NCBI GenBank assembly: GCA_964452165.1
Contig: CAYVKP010000001.1
Location: 204,110-268,109, forward strand
Direction: 5' to 3'
Source: an uncultured Gammaproteobacteria bacterium
GTDB lineage: Bacteria > Patescibacteriota > Microgenomatia > Levybacterales > GWA1-39-11
Length of the DNA stretch: 64,000 nt
The notes beneath the pieces were generated by a model. It saw only the letters and a program-made list of their open reading frames with translations, was not told the DNA's origin and searched no databases. Below are positions 1 to 10,212 of this stretch, piece by piece. The translations under genes and the position numbers were made by a program. The stretch's first letter is position 1; each line of letters begins with the position of its first letter.

Positions 1-1
1 T

Positions 2-1282
2 CAAGATGCAGGAAATGGTGAAGATGATTGTATTTCACCAAAGTCTCGGGGCGGTGACCCAATGGATCAGGCAGGACACGGAACCCATGTAGCCGGAACA
101 ATAGGGGCCATGACTAATAATGGAATAGGAATAGCAGGGATTAATTGGAACGTTACCATTGTAGCTATAAAAACTCAAAACGCTCAAGGTAAAGGCGCAA
201 TAACTGATAATTTTGAGGCCATAAGGTGGGCCGTTGATCAAGCGCATGTAAACATCATCAATTTGAGCTTGGCTTCATCAGTTCCTTGTGCGGATAATCG
301 GGTTGCCGGATATCAAGAAGCATTGGATTATGCCAGATCAAAAGGTGTTCTGGTTATTGTTGCGGCAGGAAACGAGACAGAAGATGCGAGTCTTGAGAGC
401 CCCGCATCTTGTAACGGTGTGCTTGTTGTTGGAAATTCAGATCAAAATGATCATAGGGTTTCTGATTCCAACTGGGGTGGTCGTGTTGCAATCTCTGCGC
501 CGGGGAAAAACATTCTGTCAACCGTCCCAAGCAATAGCACGTGTCTGCCAAACAGTTGTTACGCTCAACTTGATGGAACAAGTATGTCAACGCCTCATGT
601 CGCTGGAGTCGCGGCACTTCTTCTTGCGGCAAATCCCGGACTTTCAGTTGATAAGGTGAGGGAATGTCTCGTCCAAAATGCCGACCCTATAAATCAGGAG
701 GCAGGGAGAAATATCGGTCCACGGCTTAATGCCTTCAAGACACTTAACGCTTGCTCCGGTCATCCAATAACTCCAACTCCCACCACAACGGCGGCAGCTA
801 CTCCAATACCAAACCAAAACTCTCAGAACATTCAACCCCCAACGGAAGGAAGGGTAGCAGGTGAAGTATTTATAGACAGTAATGGTAATCATAAATTGGA
901 CAGTGGAGAAAAGCCGTATGTTGGAGCAAATTTGACACTTGAAGGTCCTCGGAAATTATCTACCAATTCAGATTCTTCGGGAAATTATATCTTTAACGTA
1001 AACCAAGCCGGTAACTATAAAGTTAACATTTCAATCGCCGGTAAATTAATCGGTTCGTCTTCTACATTCAGCGTATACCCGGGTGCAATTGCGCATGTTT
1101 CATTTCCCCTACCGGCATCATATGCTCAAGCTCAAAATCAAAACGGGCAAGGACAAGGGGCAGCTCCAACCAAAAAGCCGACACCAAAAGTCCAAACATA
1201 CAGTTGTCACGAGAAGACCTCAGTAGGCGGAGCAGGAAGCTCTATACAAATAGGAAACCTTGAGTGCACCCCGAATAATTAG
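2..1282 (+). CDS. S8 subtilisin-like serine protease with C-terminal SdrD-B/Cna-like domain (5'-truncated by window edge)
   Basis: HGTHVAG (His) and GTSMSTPHVAG (Ser) motifs, AAGN oxyanion motif; frame is open from base 2, upstream of the ATG at 62; P/T linker then GEVFIDSNGNHKLDSGE. Confidence 0.9.
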   Translation, partial: QDAGNGEDDCISPKSRGGDPMDQAGHGTHVAGTIGAMTNNGIGIAGINWNVTIVAIKTQNAQGKGAITDNFEAIRWAVDQAHVNIINLSLASSVPCADNRVAGYQEALDYARSKGVLVIVAAGNETEDASLESPASCNGVLVVGNSDQNDHRVSDSNWGGRVAISAPGKNILSTVPSNSTCLPNSCYAQLDGTSMSTPHVAGVAALLLAANPGLSVDKVRECLVQNADPINQEAGRNIGPRLNAFKTLNACSGHPITPTPTTTAAATPIPNQNSQNIQPPTEGRVAGEVFIDSNGNHKLDSGEKPYVGANLTLEGPRKLSTNSDSSGNYIFNVNQAGNYKVNISIAGKLIGSSSTFSVYPGAIAHVSFPLPASYAQAQNQNGQGQGAAPTKKPTPKVQTYSCHEKTSVGGAGSSIQIGNLECTPNN

Positions 1283-1373
1283 TTACTCTCAAGTTTGTTG
1301 GGCTACAGGTAGTAAATCCGAATAGAATTATAGTAGATGCTTAGTTTGGTTAGTAGGTTAAAGCTGACGTGTT

Positions 1374-3047
1374 TTAAAGAGAGCAGACTGGTACACCGTT
1401 GGAGCAGGTGTAGTTGCTCATACTTCCTCCACATTGCGCAGCGCTGACTCCCCAGCACTTCCCTCCGCAAGATACCTCATTGGCAGCGCAGGAAGACCCT
1501 CCATTATTTGTAGGCTGAGTCGGTTGTACAACAGGTGGATTATCTTCCGCAGGAGGATTATAAGGATTGGTGGGATTACTAGGACTACTGGACCCACCAC
1601 CACAAGCTGGAGCTGTAAAGTGTTTTACGTTGCCTAGACCTCCCCCATACCACACGTCGTTATATAGAGCGGTCACTCTCCATGTGTGATCTATTCCCGT
1701 TTGGAAGCCGGGCCAAATAACATAAGTATCTCCACCGTCTCTTGGACCAAAGCTTACAAAGCTATCCACATCAAGGAAAGGACCATCTTTTGCGAACTTT
1801 GCGTTTACCCACTGGACCTCAGCACGTTGTCCGGTTGTAGATTGTCCCGGAGTCCAACTGAATCTCATTGTCCTTGTCCCATCAGATGCACAATCAAGAG
1901 GCGTTGCGTAGCCTGTGAACGGTCCATTAAACTGTCCTCCTTGATTAGAATTGCCAGGCTGGTTATTATTGGGAGTATTAGTTTCCGGCCCAACAGGATT
2001 ACCCAATAATTGGGTTGCATTAGGAGCAATCTGAGGGCTTGTTAAATTTGCACTCTTAAAACCTGAACAATTACCCAAGCTTGGATCAGAAATGCCCAAA
2101 TCCTGCGATGTCTTAGCTTGCTTATAAAAAACACACCGATCGACTTTTTTACTCATAGTCCAGGCCGTACATAGATCATCGTTTTTACATGCTTGTTCAC
2201 ATGCAGAAGGATTATGTGCTTCCTCTGGGTCATAATAACCATCTCCCCCAAAATATCTATCCGTATAATACTTGTTCCATGGGCACCAGTCATTGTTGTT
2301 CGGCGCCGCTGGGATGGGGGTATCAGCGGGAGGTTGAGCCGTCTGACCAAGAGGATTACCGTTTGATTGTCCCGGGATACCGGTGTAGTTGTTGGGACAA
2401 GTGATGGCATCACCGGCGTCACAAACACTACCGCTACCAATATTTTCGCATTTTAGAACACCACAAGTACCACCAAGGTATTTGTGTTCATCACCCTGAA
2501 TACATTTACCATTGTGGCTAGAAACAACTACGCTCCCATTTAAACAGTCACCCTTAGGCGGAATTTTTGGTGTAGGAGCTGGAGCTTTGGTCGGAGTAGG
2601 AGATGGACCACAAGCGTTAACATCAACAACCGTACATGCGACGTCACTACCCAAGTCCTCACAGTGAGCATATGTAGCACTATGTCCGTCCGTACCTTGA
2701 CCTGTGCAGGTATAAGATATACTGACGTTACCCTTATTATCCTTTTTAGCAATCCGCAAATTGTGATTATTCCCACCGTCACAAAAATATGTGTACTTGT
2801 CATCGCTTTTTACTTGCCTTTTTAATATTTTTGTTTTTTGATCCGATCGACACTCACTTTCCGCTATTCGGCTTGTGAAGAAGAGGCCGGAGTGGGCGCC
2901 GTTGATGAGAGTATTTGTTACTGGGATTGAGAGAATTGCTGCAATTACAAAAAAGAACAAGCCTTGTTTTGAAATCAAAACTTTTTTTAAGAATGCGGTT
3001 TCCTTTGAAACTAAGCGGGAAATGTCTCCCTTAGAAGATAAACTCAT
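1374..3047 (-). CDS. Membrane-anchored/secreted cysteine-rich protein with PAN/apple-like module
   Basis: N-terminal hydrophobic helix, many Cys, CEQACKNDDLCTAWT...RCVF PAN-like pattern, P/N/T linkers. Confidence 0.65.
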   Translation of the reverse strand: MSLSSKGDISRLVSKETAFLKKVLISKQGLFFFVIAAILSIPVTNTLINGAHSGLFFTSRIAESECRSDQKTKILKRQVKSDDKYTYFCDGGNNHNLRIAKKDNKGNVSISYTCTGQGTDGHSATYAHCEDLGSDVACTVVDVNACGPSPTPTKAPAPTPKIPPKGDCLNGSVVVSSHNGKCIQGDEHKYLGGTCGVLKCENIGSGSVCDAGDAITCPNNYTGIPGQSNGNPLGQTAQPPADTPIPAAPNNNDWCPWNKYYTDRYFGGDGYYDPEEAHNPSACEQACKNDDLCTAWTMSKKVDRCVFYKQAKTSQDLGISDPSLGNCSGFKSANLTSPQIAPNATQLLGNPVGPETNTPNNNQPGNSNQGGQFNGPFTGYATPLDCASDGTRTMRFSWTPGQSTTGQRAEVQWVNAKFAKDGPFLDVDSFVSFGPRDGGDTYVIWPGFQTGIDHTWRVTALYNDVWYGGGLGNVKHFTAPACGGGSSSPSNPTNPYNPPAEDNPPVVQPTQPTNNGGSSCAANEVSCGGKCWGVSAAQCGGSMSNYTCSNGVPVCSL

Positions 3048-3144
3048 TATATTGAGAATAGCCTAAAGCCAGCCTAAAAGTCAAGTTAAATTAGCTCAAA
3101 ATTCTGGCAAATAGAGCCTAAATCTGCTAAAATGAGAGATATCT

Positions 3145-4035
3145 ATGGCTGAAAAAGATTTTTACCAAATTTTGGGAGTCGCCAAGACTGCGACACCGGA
3201 GGAGATGAAAAAAGCGTACAGAAAGCTTGCTCTTCAATACCACCCCGACCGCAACAAAACAAAAGAGGCGGAAGATAAATTTAAAGAGATCAACCGTGCT
3301 TATGAAGTTCTGTCCGATCCTAATAAGCGCCAACAGTATGATCAGTTTGGATCGGGAGCTTTTGAGGGTGGAGCAGGTCCTGGCGGGCCGTTTGGTGGGC
3401 AAACAGGGCGCCAAGGACCGTTTACTTACACTTATTCAACAGGGGGAGACCCCTTCGGAGCTCAGGGTGGGCAGGGATTTGATTTTAATTTTGGAGGATT
3501 TTCAGACCCCTTCGAAATATTTGAGCAATTCTTTGGCGGAGGGTCACCATTTGGAGGCCGCCGCAAACCTACATATTCTTTGACCATAGACTTTATGGAA
3601 GCGGTTAAAGGTACGGAAAAGAAGGTTACGATTGGGGGAACAGCAAAAACTATAAAAATCCCGGCCGGAATAGACGGCAACTCAAGAATCAGATTTGATG
3701 AGTTTGATATCCTTGTTGGAGTTCGTCCTCATCAAAAATTTGTTCGTGAAGGTCAGGATATTATTACAGAAGAGGAGATTTCAATGGTTCAGGCAGCCCT
3801 TGGTGACATAATTGATGTTGATACGGTTGATGGATCAGTGAAGCTAAAAATCCCTGAAGGAACTCAACCAAACGCATTAATTAGAATTAAAGGGCATGGA
3901 ATAGTCAGGGTTAATACTAAAAATAAAGGCGACCACTACGTGCGTATTAAAATTGAAATCCCCAAGAAATTGAAAGGTAAACAAAAGGCACTCCTTGAGG
4001 AGTTTGAAAAAGAAGGTAGCAAAGGCTGGTTCTAA
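3145..4035 (+). CDS. dnaJ: DnaJ-class (type II/CbpA-like) co-chaperone without zinc finger
   Basis: J domain with HPD, G/F-rich region, C-terminal IPEGTQP domain; no CxxCxGxG repeats. Confidence 0.9.
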   Translation: MAEKDFYQILGVAKTATPEEMKKAYRKLALQYHPDRNKTKEAEDKFKEINRAYEVLSDPNKRQQYDQFGSGAFEGGAGPGGPFGGQTGRQGPFTYTYSTGGDPFGAQGGQGFDFNFGGFSDPFEIFEQFFGGGSPFGGRRKPTYSLTIDFMEAVKGTEKKVTIGGTAKTIKIPAGIDGNSRIRFDEFDILVGVRPHQKFVREGQDIITEEEISMVQAALGDIIDVDTVDGSVKLKIPEGTQPNALIRIKGHGIVRVNTKNKGDHYVRIKIEIPKKLKGKQKALLEEFEKEGSKGWF

Positions 4036-4037
4036 AT

Positions 4038-4205
4038 TTTTGTACTTTTCTACCGAAAAAAGTACCAAAAGCTCTCTTGTGCACAAGTCAAGCTAATTTT
4101 ATCGTTCGTTCATCGGGGGAAAACCTCCCCCTCCGACAGTTCGTCGGGTCTCCCCCTGATTCACTCACTCTAAAATTTTAACGCTTTTGGTCGTGCATGC
4201 AAGAA
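4038..4205. repeat. Intergenic nested-hairpin element (REP/MITE-like or structured RNA)
   Basis: Stems ttttgtactttt/aaaagtaccaaaa, aatttta/taaaatt, atcggggga/tccccctgat, ccgac/gtcgg, tcttgtgcac/gtgcatgcaaga. Confidence 0.55.
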
Positions 4206-4266
4206 AATTAGGAAGGCTGTTAGGGCACTTGATACTAGATACAAAATACTAGATACTAATTGTATT

Positions 4267-4593
4267 GTGGGGATTCTGCTCTATCCTTTATTTTTGGTGG
4301 TGTTTTGGTACCGAGACTTTTTCTTAGGATCGGTCAGAAAATCAGCAGAAATTTTTGTTTATACCGCCAACCTTCTATCCATACCGCTCCTTTTCAAAAC
4401 TTTTTTCAAACCCCTCAAGAATGAATATAGAGAAGGACTAGTTCTTTTCTCGGTAATCATGGGAATGGTAGTCAAATCGGTACTTCTTCTTATATCTTTT
4501 GGAATTCTATTGCTAGTTCTATTAGTGGTAGCAGTTTTCGATTGTGTGATTTTGATACTCCCGCTCTTGATTATTAAATTCATTTTCCTATGA
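4267..4593 (+). CDS. Small membrane protein coupled to the Clp ATPase
   Basis: Hydrophobic 108 aa; TGA overlaps next ATG (ATGA). Confidence 0.7.
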   Translation: MGILLYPLFLVVFWYRDFFLGSVRKSAEIFVYTANLLSIPLLFKTFFKPLKNEYREGLVLFSVIMGMVVKSVLLLISFGILLLVLLVVAVFDCVILILPLLIIKFIFL

Positions 4594-6956
4594 AAGATAG
4601 ATATTTTGAAATATACAAATTAACCAACTCGATCGCCGGAATATTTGTTCGCTTTTTCTTGTTCGTATTAGTATTCATTTACGCATATATGAGATTCAGC
4701 AGTGGTAGCGATTTGAAACCTGTTATAGCAATTTTTGCCGCGGTTTTAATAAATGAGCTTTTTCTTGAGCATATTAAAAAAATCGAGCCGGAAGCAAAAG
4801 TCAATAAACGTGAGGATAAATTTGAAGACTCATTAGTTTTTTCTGCAAAAAAAGCCCTGTTTGAATCAAAGAATAGTTATGAATTTGTAAAAAAGATCAA
4901 AAATTCCCAAAGAGTTAAATTTTTCAGAAACAAATTAGGACTTTTAGAACTGGCTGACACAAAAATTACAAAAGAAGAACTTTTGAAACAGGCTTTTGAA
5001 GCAGTTGTTTGGGTTGAAGGTTTGTATATTACAGATGTTGATTTATTTGCGGCTTACGTTTTGCTTTCTGAAGATACCACCAATTTCTTGCAAAAAAATA
5101 ATCTAAATAATGACGATGTGATCAATATTTTGTATTGGACGAGGAGAGAATTTTTCCCCGATAATTTTATTCACGACAGAATTGTTTTGACCAGTCCCGG
5201 AGTTTTTGACAGTCTCGTCTATGGGTGGAATTATGAGCTTAAGAAATATTCACTTGACTTGAGTTTGGAAGTTTTGTCTAGGAGATTTCCTCCAAGAATA
5301 AATTCCGCAGAAAAAGAATTTCACGAGCTTGAAGTTGCGCTATCTCGACACAAATCGTCAAGTGCAATAATAGTTGGAGAACCCGGCACAGGCAAGTCTA
5401 CTCTTGTAGAGTATTTAGCTTACTCTTCATTTTTTGGAAAGACCAGCCAAGAGCTTTCCCACAGAAAAGTATTTGAGTTATTGGTTGATAAAATCATTTC
5501 AGGAATTTCTACACCCGGCGATCTTGAAGGAAGGCTTTCTGAGATGCTTGCTGAAATTATTCACTCCGGAAATTCCATCATCTTTATACAAAACATTGAA
5601 AATATTTTTGGTGGGGGAGGGTTCAACCTTGATATCTCGGGAGTTTTGGATGAATATTTAAAAAGCGATAAGATAAAAATTGTTGGTACTACAACTCCCG
5701 GCGGATTTGCTGATTTTATTGCACCTAAAGTAAACACAGCAAATCTATTTGAAAAAATTGAAGTACCCGAAACAAATCCGGGAAAAACTCTACTATTATT
5801 GACAACAAAAGCTCAAGAAGTTGAGTCAAAATACAAAATTAAAATAAATTATTCGGCTCTCAAGCAAGTAGTAATTTTATCAGAGCTTTATTTTCCCGAC
5901 AGATTTTTGCCGGGTCGCGCTATAGATCTACTTGAAGATGTTGCTTCAAAAGCCCAGATTGAGAAGAACAAAGAGATTGATGCAAAAGCAGTCATTGAAT
6001 TTGTCCAGAGTAAAACTAAAGTCGTTTTGGAAGAGCCGGATACAAACGAGAAAGATTTACTCATACATCTTGAAGAGAAATTGCATCAAAGAGTGATAGG
6101 ACAAGATGAGGCAATAGTTTCTGTTGCCGGCGCAATGAGAAGACTTAGGAGTGGTTTTAAAGATGAAAACCGCCCAATATCGGTATTTCTTTTCTTAGGT
6201 CCCACGGGAGTAGGAAAAACGGAAACGGCAAAAGCTCTGGCTGCAGAATATTTTCATGATGAAAAATCAATGATACGTTTTGACATGAGCGAACTTCAGA
6301 CTCAGGGGCAACTTGCGCGAATATTGGGATCTGCTCCCGGTCAAGAGCATATGCCAAATAGTCTCGTTGAACAAGTTGAGAATAATCCTTTCTCACTTGT
6401 TCTTCTTGATGAATTTGAGAAAGCGGATCCAAAAGTCCTCAATATTTTTCTCCAGGTTTTTGATGAAGGGAGACTTACCGACAATAGTGGTAAGACTGTT
6501 TCTTTTAAAAATACAATAATAATTGCAACTTCAAATGCGGGTTCTGAAATGCTTCGTGAAAAGGAAAAAGCAAACCAACCGGTAACAAAAGAAGATATCG
6601 TGGATTATGTTTTGACTACAAACAAATTTACTCCGGAGCTTGTAAATCGCTTTGACGATGTTGTCTTGTTTAAATTCTTAGACAATGATGAAGTCAAAAA
6701 AATTTCAAATCTACTTCTTACTCAAATTGTTAAAAAACTTTCGGACAATCAAATAAATATTACTTTTGACGACAAAGTTTTATCCAAAATTGCAACTGAA
6801 GCTTACAATTCGGAATTTGGAGCAAGAAATGTGAGACGATACATAGATGATAATATTGAAGATTTTCTTTCAAAAGCAATACTTGAAGGGGAAATCCAAA
6901 AAGGGGCGAACGTAACTCTCTCTGTTGATGAAAAGGGTTCATTCGTTATAACATAG
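4590..6956 (+). CDS. ClpA/ClpB/ClpC-family AAA+ ATPase with N-terminal transmembrane helices
   Basis: Walker A GEPGTGKS and GPTGVGKTE, RFLPGRAIDLL, LLDEFEKA, DEGRLTD, FGARNVRR. Confidence 0.9.
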   Translation: MKDRYFEIYKLTNSIAGIFVRFFLFVLVFIYAYMRFSSGSDLKPVIAIFAAVLINELFLEHIKKIEPEAKVNKREDKFEDSLVFSAKKALFESKNSYEFVKKIKNSQRVKFFRNKLGLLELADTKITKEELLKQAFEAVVWVEGLYITDVDLFAAYVLLSEDTTNFLQKNNLNNDDVINILYWTRREFFPDNFIHDRIVLTSPGVFDSLVYGWNYELKKYSLDLSLEVLSRRFPPRINSAEKEFHELEVALSRHKSSSAIIVGEPGTGKSTLVEYLAYSSFFGKTSQELSHRKVFELLVDKIISGISTPGDLEGRLSEMLAEIIHSGNSIIFIQNIENIFGGGGFNLDISGVLDEYLKSDKIKIVGTTTPGGFADFIAPKVNTANLFEKIEVPETNPGKTLLLLTTKAQEVESKYKIKINYSALKQVVILSELYFPDRFLPGRAIDLLEDVASKAQIEKNKEIDAKAVIEFVQSKTKVVLEEPDTNEKDLLIHLEEKLHQRVIGQDEAIVSVAGAMRRLRSGFKDENRPISVFLFLGPTGVGKTETAKALAAEYFHDEKSMIRFDMSELQTQGQLARILGSAPGQEHMPNSLVEQVENNPFSLVLLDEFEKADPKVLNIFLQVFDEGRLTDNSGKTVSFKNTIIIATSNAGSEMLREKEKANQPVTKEDIVDYVLTTNKFTPELVNRFDDVVLFKFLDNDEVKKISNLLLTQIVKKLSDNQINITFDDKVLSKIATEAYNSEFGARNVRRYIDDNIEDFLSKAILEGEIQKGANVTLSVDEKGSFVIT

Positions 6957-7008
6957 AATATGAAAGTTTCGCGTTCGCTTATGCTCAGTGCTCTATAATA
7001 AAAACAAT

Positions 7009-8010
7009 ATGAAGGTCGCGTGTTTTGAGCTCCAAGATTTTGAAAAAGATTTTTTAAAAGATAAATTCGAGCACACTTTGGATATAAGTTTTAATTCGGA
7101 GACTTTAAATCCTAGCAATGTTGCTGCAATACAAAACACTGAGGCTCTCGTAGTTTTTATTTATTCTGCTATTACCAAAGAAATTTTGGACCAACTTCCC
7201 AATTTAAAATTTATCGCGACGATGTCTACTGGCTTTGATCATATAGACATTGAGGAATGTAAAAAAAGAAGTATTGTAGTATCTACTGTCCCTACATATG
7301 GAGAAAATACTGTGGCCGAACACGCATTTTCATTGATTTTTGCAATTTCAAGAAGATTGGTGGAGTCATTCGCAAAAGTTAAAAGCGGTAACTTTTCTCC
7401 GGTTGGTTTGACGGGGTTCGATCTTTTCGGTAAGACCTTGGGAGTTGTGGGCGTGGGAAGTATTGGAACACACGTAATAAGAATCGCAAAAGGTATCGGA
7501 ATGGAGGTTTTGGCATACAAGCGTACACCGGATCCAAAGCTTGCCCAAGATTTAGGATTTAGATTCGTTGAGATGGATGAACTTCTGGCAAATTCAGATG
7601 TTATAACATTGCACCTTCCTTATACACCTCAGACTCACCATTTTATAAATCAGGAATCTTTTTCGAAGATGAAAGACGGTGTTGTAATTATCAATACCGC
7701 AAGGGGAGCAATAATGGATACAGCGGCTCTTGTTCAAGCATTGCAAAGTAAAAAAGTCGGCGCTGCGGGCCTTGACGTTTTGGAGGAAGAACCGATACTG
7801 GCTGAAGAACACGAGCTTTTACATAAAGATTTTCCTATAGAAGATCTGAAAACAGTTCTTGAAAACCACATGCTTCTCAATAACCCTAACGTGGTTATAA
7901 CTCCACACAACGCTTTCAATAGTCGCGAGGCATTAATGAGAATTCTTTCGACAACTGCCGAGAATATAATGGGATTTTTGTCAGGAGCTCCTAAAAACTT
8001 GGCTTTCTAA
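7009..8010 (+). CDS. D-isomer-specific 2-hydroxyacid dehydrogenase (D-lactate dehydrogenase-like)
   Basis: STGFDHID, GVGSIG Rossmann motif, INTARG, GLDVLE, TPHNAF; ATG at 7009 preferred over GTG 6988. Confidence 0.9.
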   Translation: MKVACFELQDFEKDFLKDKFEHTLDISFNSETLNPSNVAAIQNTEALVVFIYSAITKEILDQLPNLKFIATMSTGFDHIDIEECKKRSIVVSTVPTYGENTVAEHAFSLIFAISRRLVESFAKVKSGNFSPVGLTGFDLFGKTLGVVGVGSIGTHVIRIAKGIGMEVLAYKRTPDPKLAQDLGFRFVEMDELLANSDVITLHLPYTPQTHHFINQESFSKMKDGVVIINTARGAIMDTAALVQALQSKKVGAAGLDVLEEEPILAEEHELLHKDFPIEDLKTVLENHMLLNNPNVVITPHNAFNSREALMRILSTTAENIMGFLSGAPKNLAF

Positions 8011-8021
8011 TCGGACTGTAA

Positions 8022-8408
8022 TTAAAGCTGCTGTAGATTTTTATTGATGCTATTTAAATCTTGTTGAGGATCACCAAGATCAAGATTGTTGATGTCACCT
8101 GTATCTGTTGTGGCCGGAGTTGGGGCGAGAGTAGGAGTTACAACTCTTTGAGGAGCGGGCGTAATTGCGGGGGCCATAGCAGTTTGTGAGTTACTCTTAA
8201 TAGCTAAAATATAAATTGCTCCTACTACTATTGCCATGATAACCACGACTACGAGAAGAAGTATAGTTTTATTAAATCCTTTAGGCTGTGGTGTGTTCGA
8301 ACTATTAGTGGGTGTAGTATTTTGGTTTGGGACAGGACTCGCGGGAATATTGGCCGTTGGCGGTACGGGTGTCCCAATGTTTTGTTTGTTTTCTAAGTTT
8401 TGATCCAT
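8022..8408 (-). CDS. Hypothetical single-pass membrane protein, P/T-rich
   Basis: ATG at 8408 (MDQNLENK) directly after upstream stop; one TM helix. Confidence 0.7.
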   Translation of the reverse strand: MDQNLENKQNIGTPVPPTANIPASPVPNQNTTPTNSSNTPQPKGFNKTILLLVVVVIMAIVVGAIYILAIKSNSQTAMAPAITPAPQRVVTPTLAPTPATTDTGDINNLDLGDPQQDLNSINKNLQQL

Positions 8409-8409
8409 A

Positions 8410-9045
8410 TTATTCTTGAATGATAGCAGAACCGGTTGCTGTCGTAGGACTCCCCATAAGTTTTGCAGCCTGTGCAATTGCAGCGGCAACTGACGCTTTT
8501 GCGTCAGATACCTGTTTGTGGACCGTCATGATATCCAATCTAAATCCTGAAACCATCTGACCGATAACATTCTTAAGAGTTATGTCATCTGTTATTGTTG
8601 CAGAGTATTGCTTCTGAGATTGAGCCGCAACGGATGTTTTTGCGTTATCGATTGCCGTCTGGGCTGCAGTAATGGCAGCATCGAGCGCTGATGTATCTTT
8701 TCCTTCAGTTTTTAAGGCAGTAGATTTGATTTTGAGCTTATCAAGAATTATAGACATTTTTGCTAGTGCTTGGCTCATCTTGTCTGTTAATTTGCTATTA
8801 CTTGCCAAAATATCGTTGTCAATTTTTTCGACTATCATTTTTTTTCTTTCGTCTCTTATTAAAGAAATTTGACTTTTAAACTCTTGAATTTTAGCTCGCA
8901 AAACGTCTTTGTCTTGTTGAACAGCAGTTCTTAAGGGTTTTAGCGGGTGAGTCATTGCGCTAGGTGATGTTCCTTCAGTTTGAGCGAATGCACTAGTTGT
9001 AAATATTAAAAATAAACCTGCAGAAAATACGACTTTTTTTAGCAT
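8410..9045 (-). CDS. Secreted alpha-helical/coiled-coil hypothetical protein
   Basis: Signal peptide ending SAFA; helical heptad pattern. Confidence 0.7.
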   Translation of the reverse strand: MLKKVVFSAGLFLIFTTSAFAQTEGTSPSAMTHPLKPLRTAVQQDKDVLRAKIQEFKSQISLIRDERKKMIVEKIDNDILASNSKLTDKMSQALAKMSIILDKLKIKSTALKTEGKDTSALDAAITAAQTAIDNAKTSVAAQSQKQYSATITDDITLKNVIGQMVSGFRLDIMTVHKQVSDAKASVAAAIAQAAKLMGSPTTATGSAIIQE

Positions 9046-9097
9046 AAGTAAATCTTATTTGATTTTGTAAGTAATTGTCAACTCTCGTGGAGCCAGG

Positions 9098-9847
9098 CTA
9101 GGCTTGAATGTCCTTGATACTATCAAGATACAAACAATAATCGCAATTAGCTGTCGTTGGGGGTAAATCTCCGTCAAGACATTTCTTGATGTCCCCAAGA
9201 GTTTTTTCTATCCAGGAATCGTCTCCTTTATATGGAATTAAATCCAGGTGAAACTCGAGTCTTGCATCGAAAGCTTCCCTGTCAGTCTTTCCATTGCAAT
9301 AAACAAAGTATCCCGTATCTGAAACTGCGAATCCATTTTTTCTAAATAGCCATTGGTAAATTTCTATCTGACGTTTGTATCCTGCTTGCCAAGGGGCATC
9401 AATATTCAAATCTCCATCTTTTGCAGTCGATTTATAGTCAACAATTATTAATTTCCCTTCTTTATCCTTCCAAATATCGTCAATTCCTCCAAAAATGAGA
9501 AAGTTAGTTGGTTTGTGGAGAAATCTTATTCCGGAGAAAGGATTTCGCCATTCATCAATCAATTCATGCGCCAGGGGAATTGCATCAACTCCATAGTGTT
9601 TTAAAAGAGGGTGTGTCGATTTTCCTGCTCTATGAATATCAAACTCTTTTTTTAGCAGCCTATCAACGGCGGAGTTAAGCGTGAAGGGGAAGCCTGGAGG
9701 ACGGTCCACTCCAAGACGTCTATCAATATAAAAGCATCTGGGACATGAGACAAAATTTTCTATTCTACTCCTACTTAACTTGAAAGGTAAAGAAGAGCCG
9801 GGAGCATAAAGTGCAGAATTTCTTTTACCGGAGTAGTAGTCAGACAT
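9098..9847 (-). CDS. PD-(D/E)XK nuclease, Cas4/AddB-like
   Basis: LSRS..CPRC, GGIDD..IIVDYKS, QIEIY, C-terminal CDYC. Confidence 0.85.
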   Translation of the reverse strand: MSDYYSGKRNSALYAPGSSLPFKLSRSRIENFVSCPRCFYIDRRLGVDRPPGFPFTLNSAVDRLLKKEFDIHRAGKSTHPLLKHYGVDAIPLAHELIDEWRNPFSGIRFLHKPTNFLIFGGIDDIWKDKEGKLIIVDYKSTAKDGDLNIDAPWQAGYKRQIEIYQWLFRKNGFAVSDTGYFVYCNGKTDREAFDARLEFHLDLIPYKGDDSWIEKTLGDIKKCLDGDLPPTTANCDYCLYLDSIKDIQA

Positions 9848-9885
9848 AGGAGACTATTATAACAGTTTCAAAGTATAATTAGCTT

Positions 9886-10212
9886 GTGATTAAAAATATT
9901 TCTCAGGGTATCTTAATTTCTAAAAATGCTCATCTTGCCCAAAATCTATTGGACAAAACCTTGGGAATGTTACTAGTGAGAAATACTGGCGGTTTGGTTT
10001 TTAATACTCGATTTGGGATACACACATTTTTTATGAAAGGCAAGATAGATTTATTGGTTTTAAATAAAGAGCGCAGGGTAGTTAGGCTTATATATGGTTT
10101 ACCTCCGAACAAGTTTTTTATCTGGAATCCCAAATATCCCTATGTTTTAGAATTACCTTCGGGTAGCATCAAGAAAACAAAAATGAAATTAGGGGACAAA
10201 CTAGATTTTTAA
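9886..10212 (+). CDS. DUF192-family protein
   Basis: IHTFFM..IDLLVL and YVLELPSG motifs. Confidence 0.8.
   Translation: MIKNISQGILISKNAHLAQNLLDKTLGMLLVRNTGGLVFNTRFGIHTFFMKGKIDLLVLNKERRVVRLIYGLPPNKFFIWNPKYPYVLELPSGSIKKTKMKLGDKLDF

Noticed and set aside
8409-8489. Extended N-terminus of the 155-aa ORF
   Set aside because: Overlaps the upstream gene; ATG at 8408 is the plausible start
9098-9847. CRISPR-Cas locus around the Cas4-like gene
   Set aside because: No array, cas1 or cas2 recognised anywhere in the window
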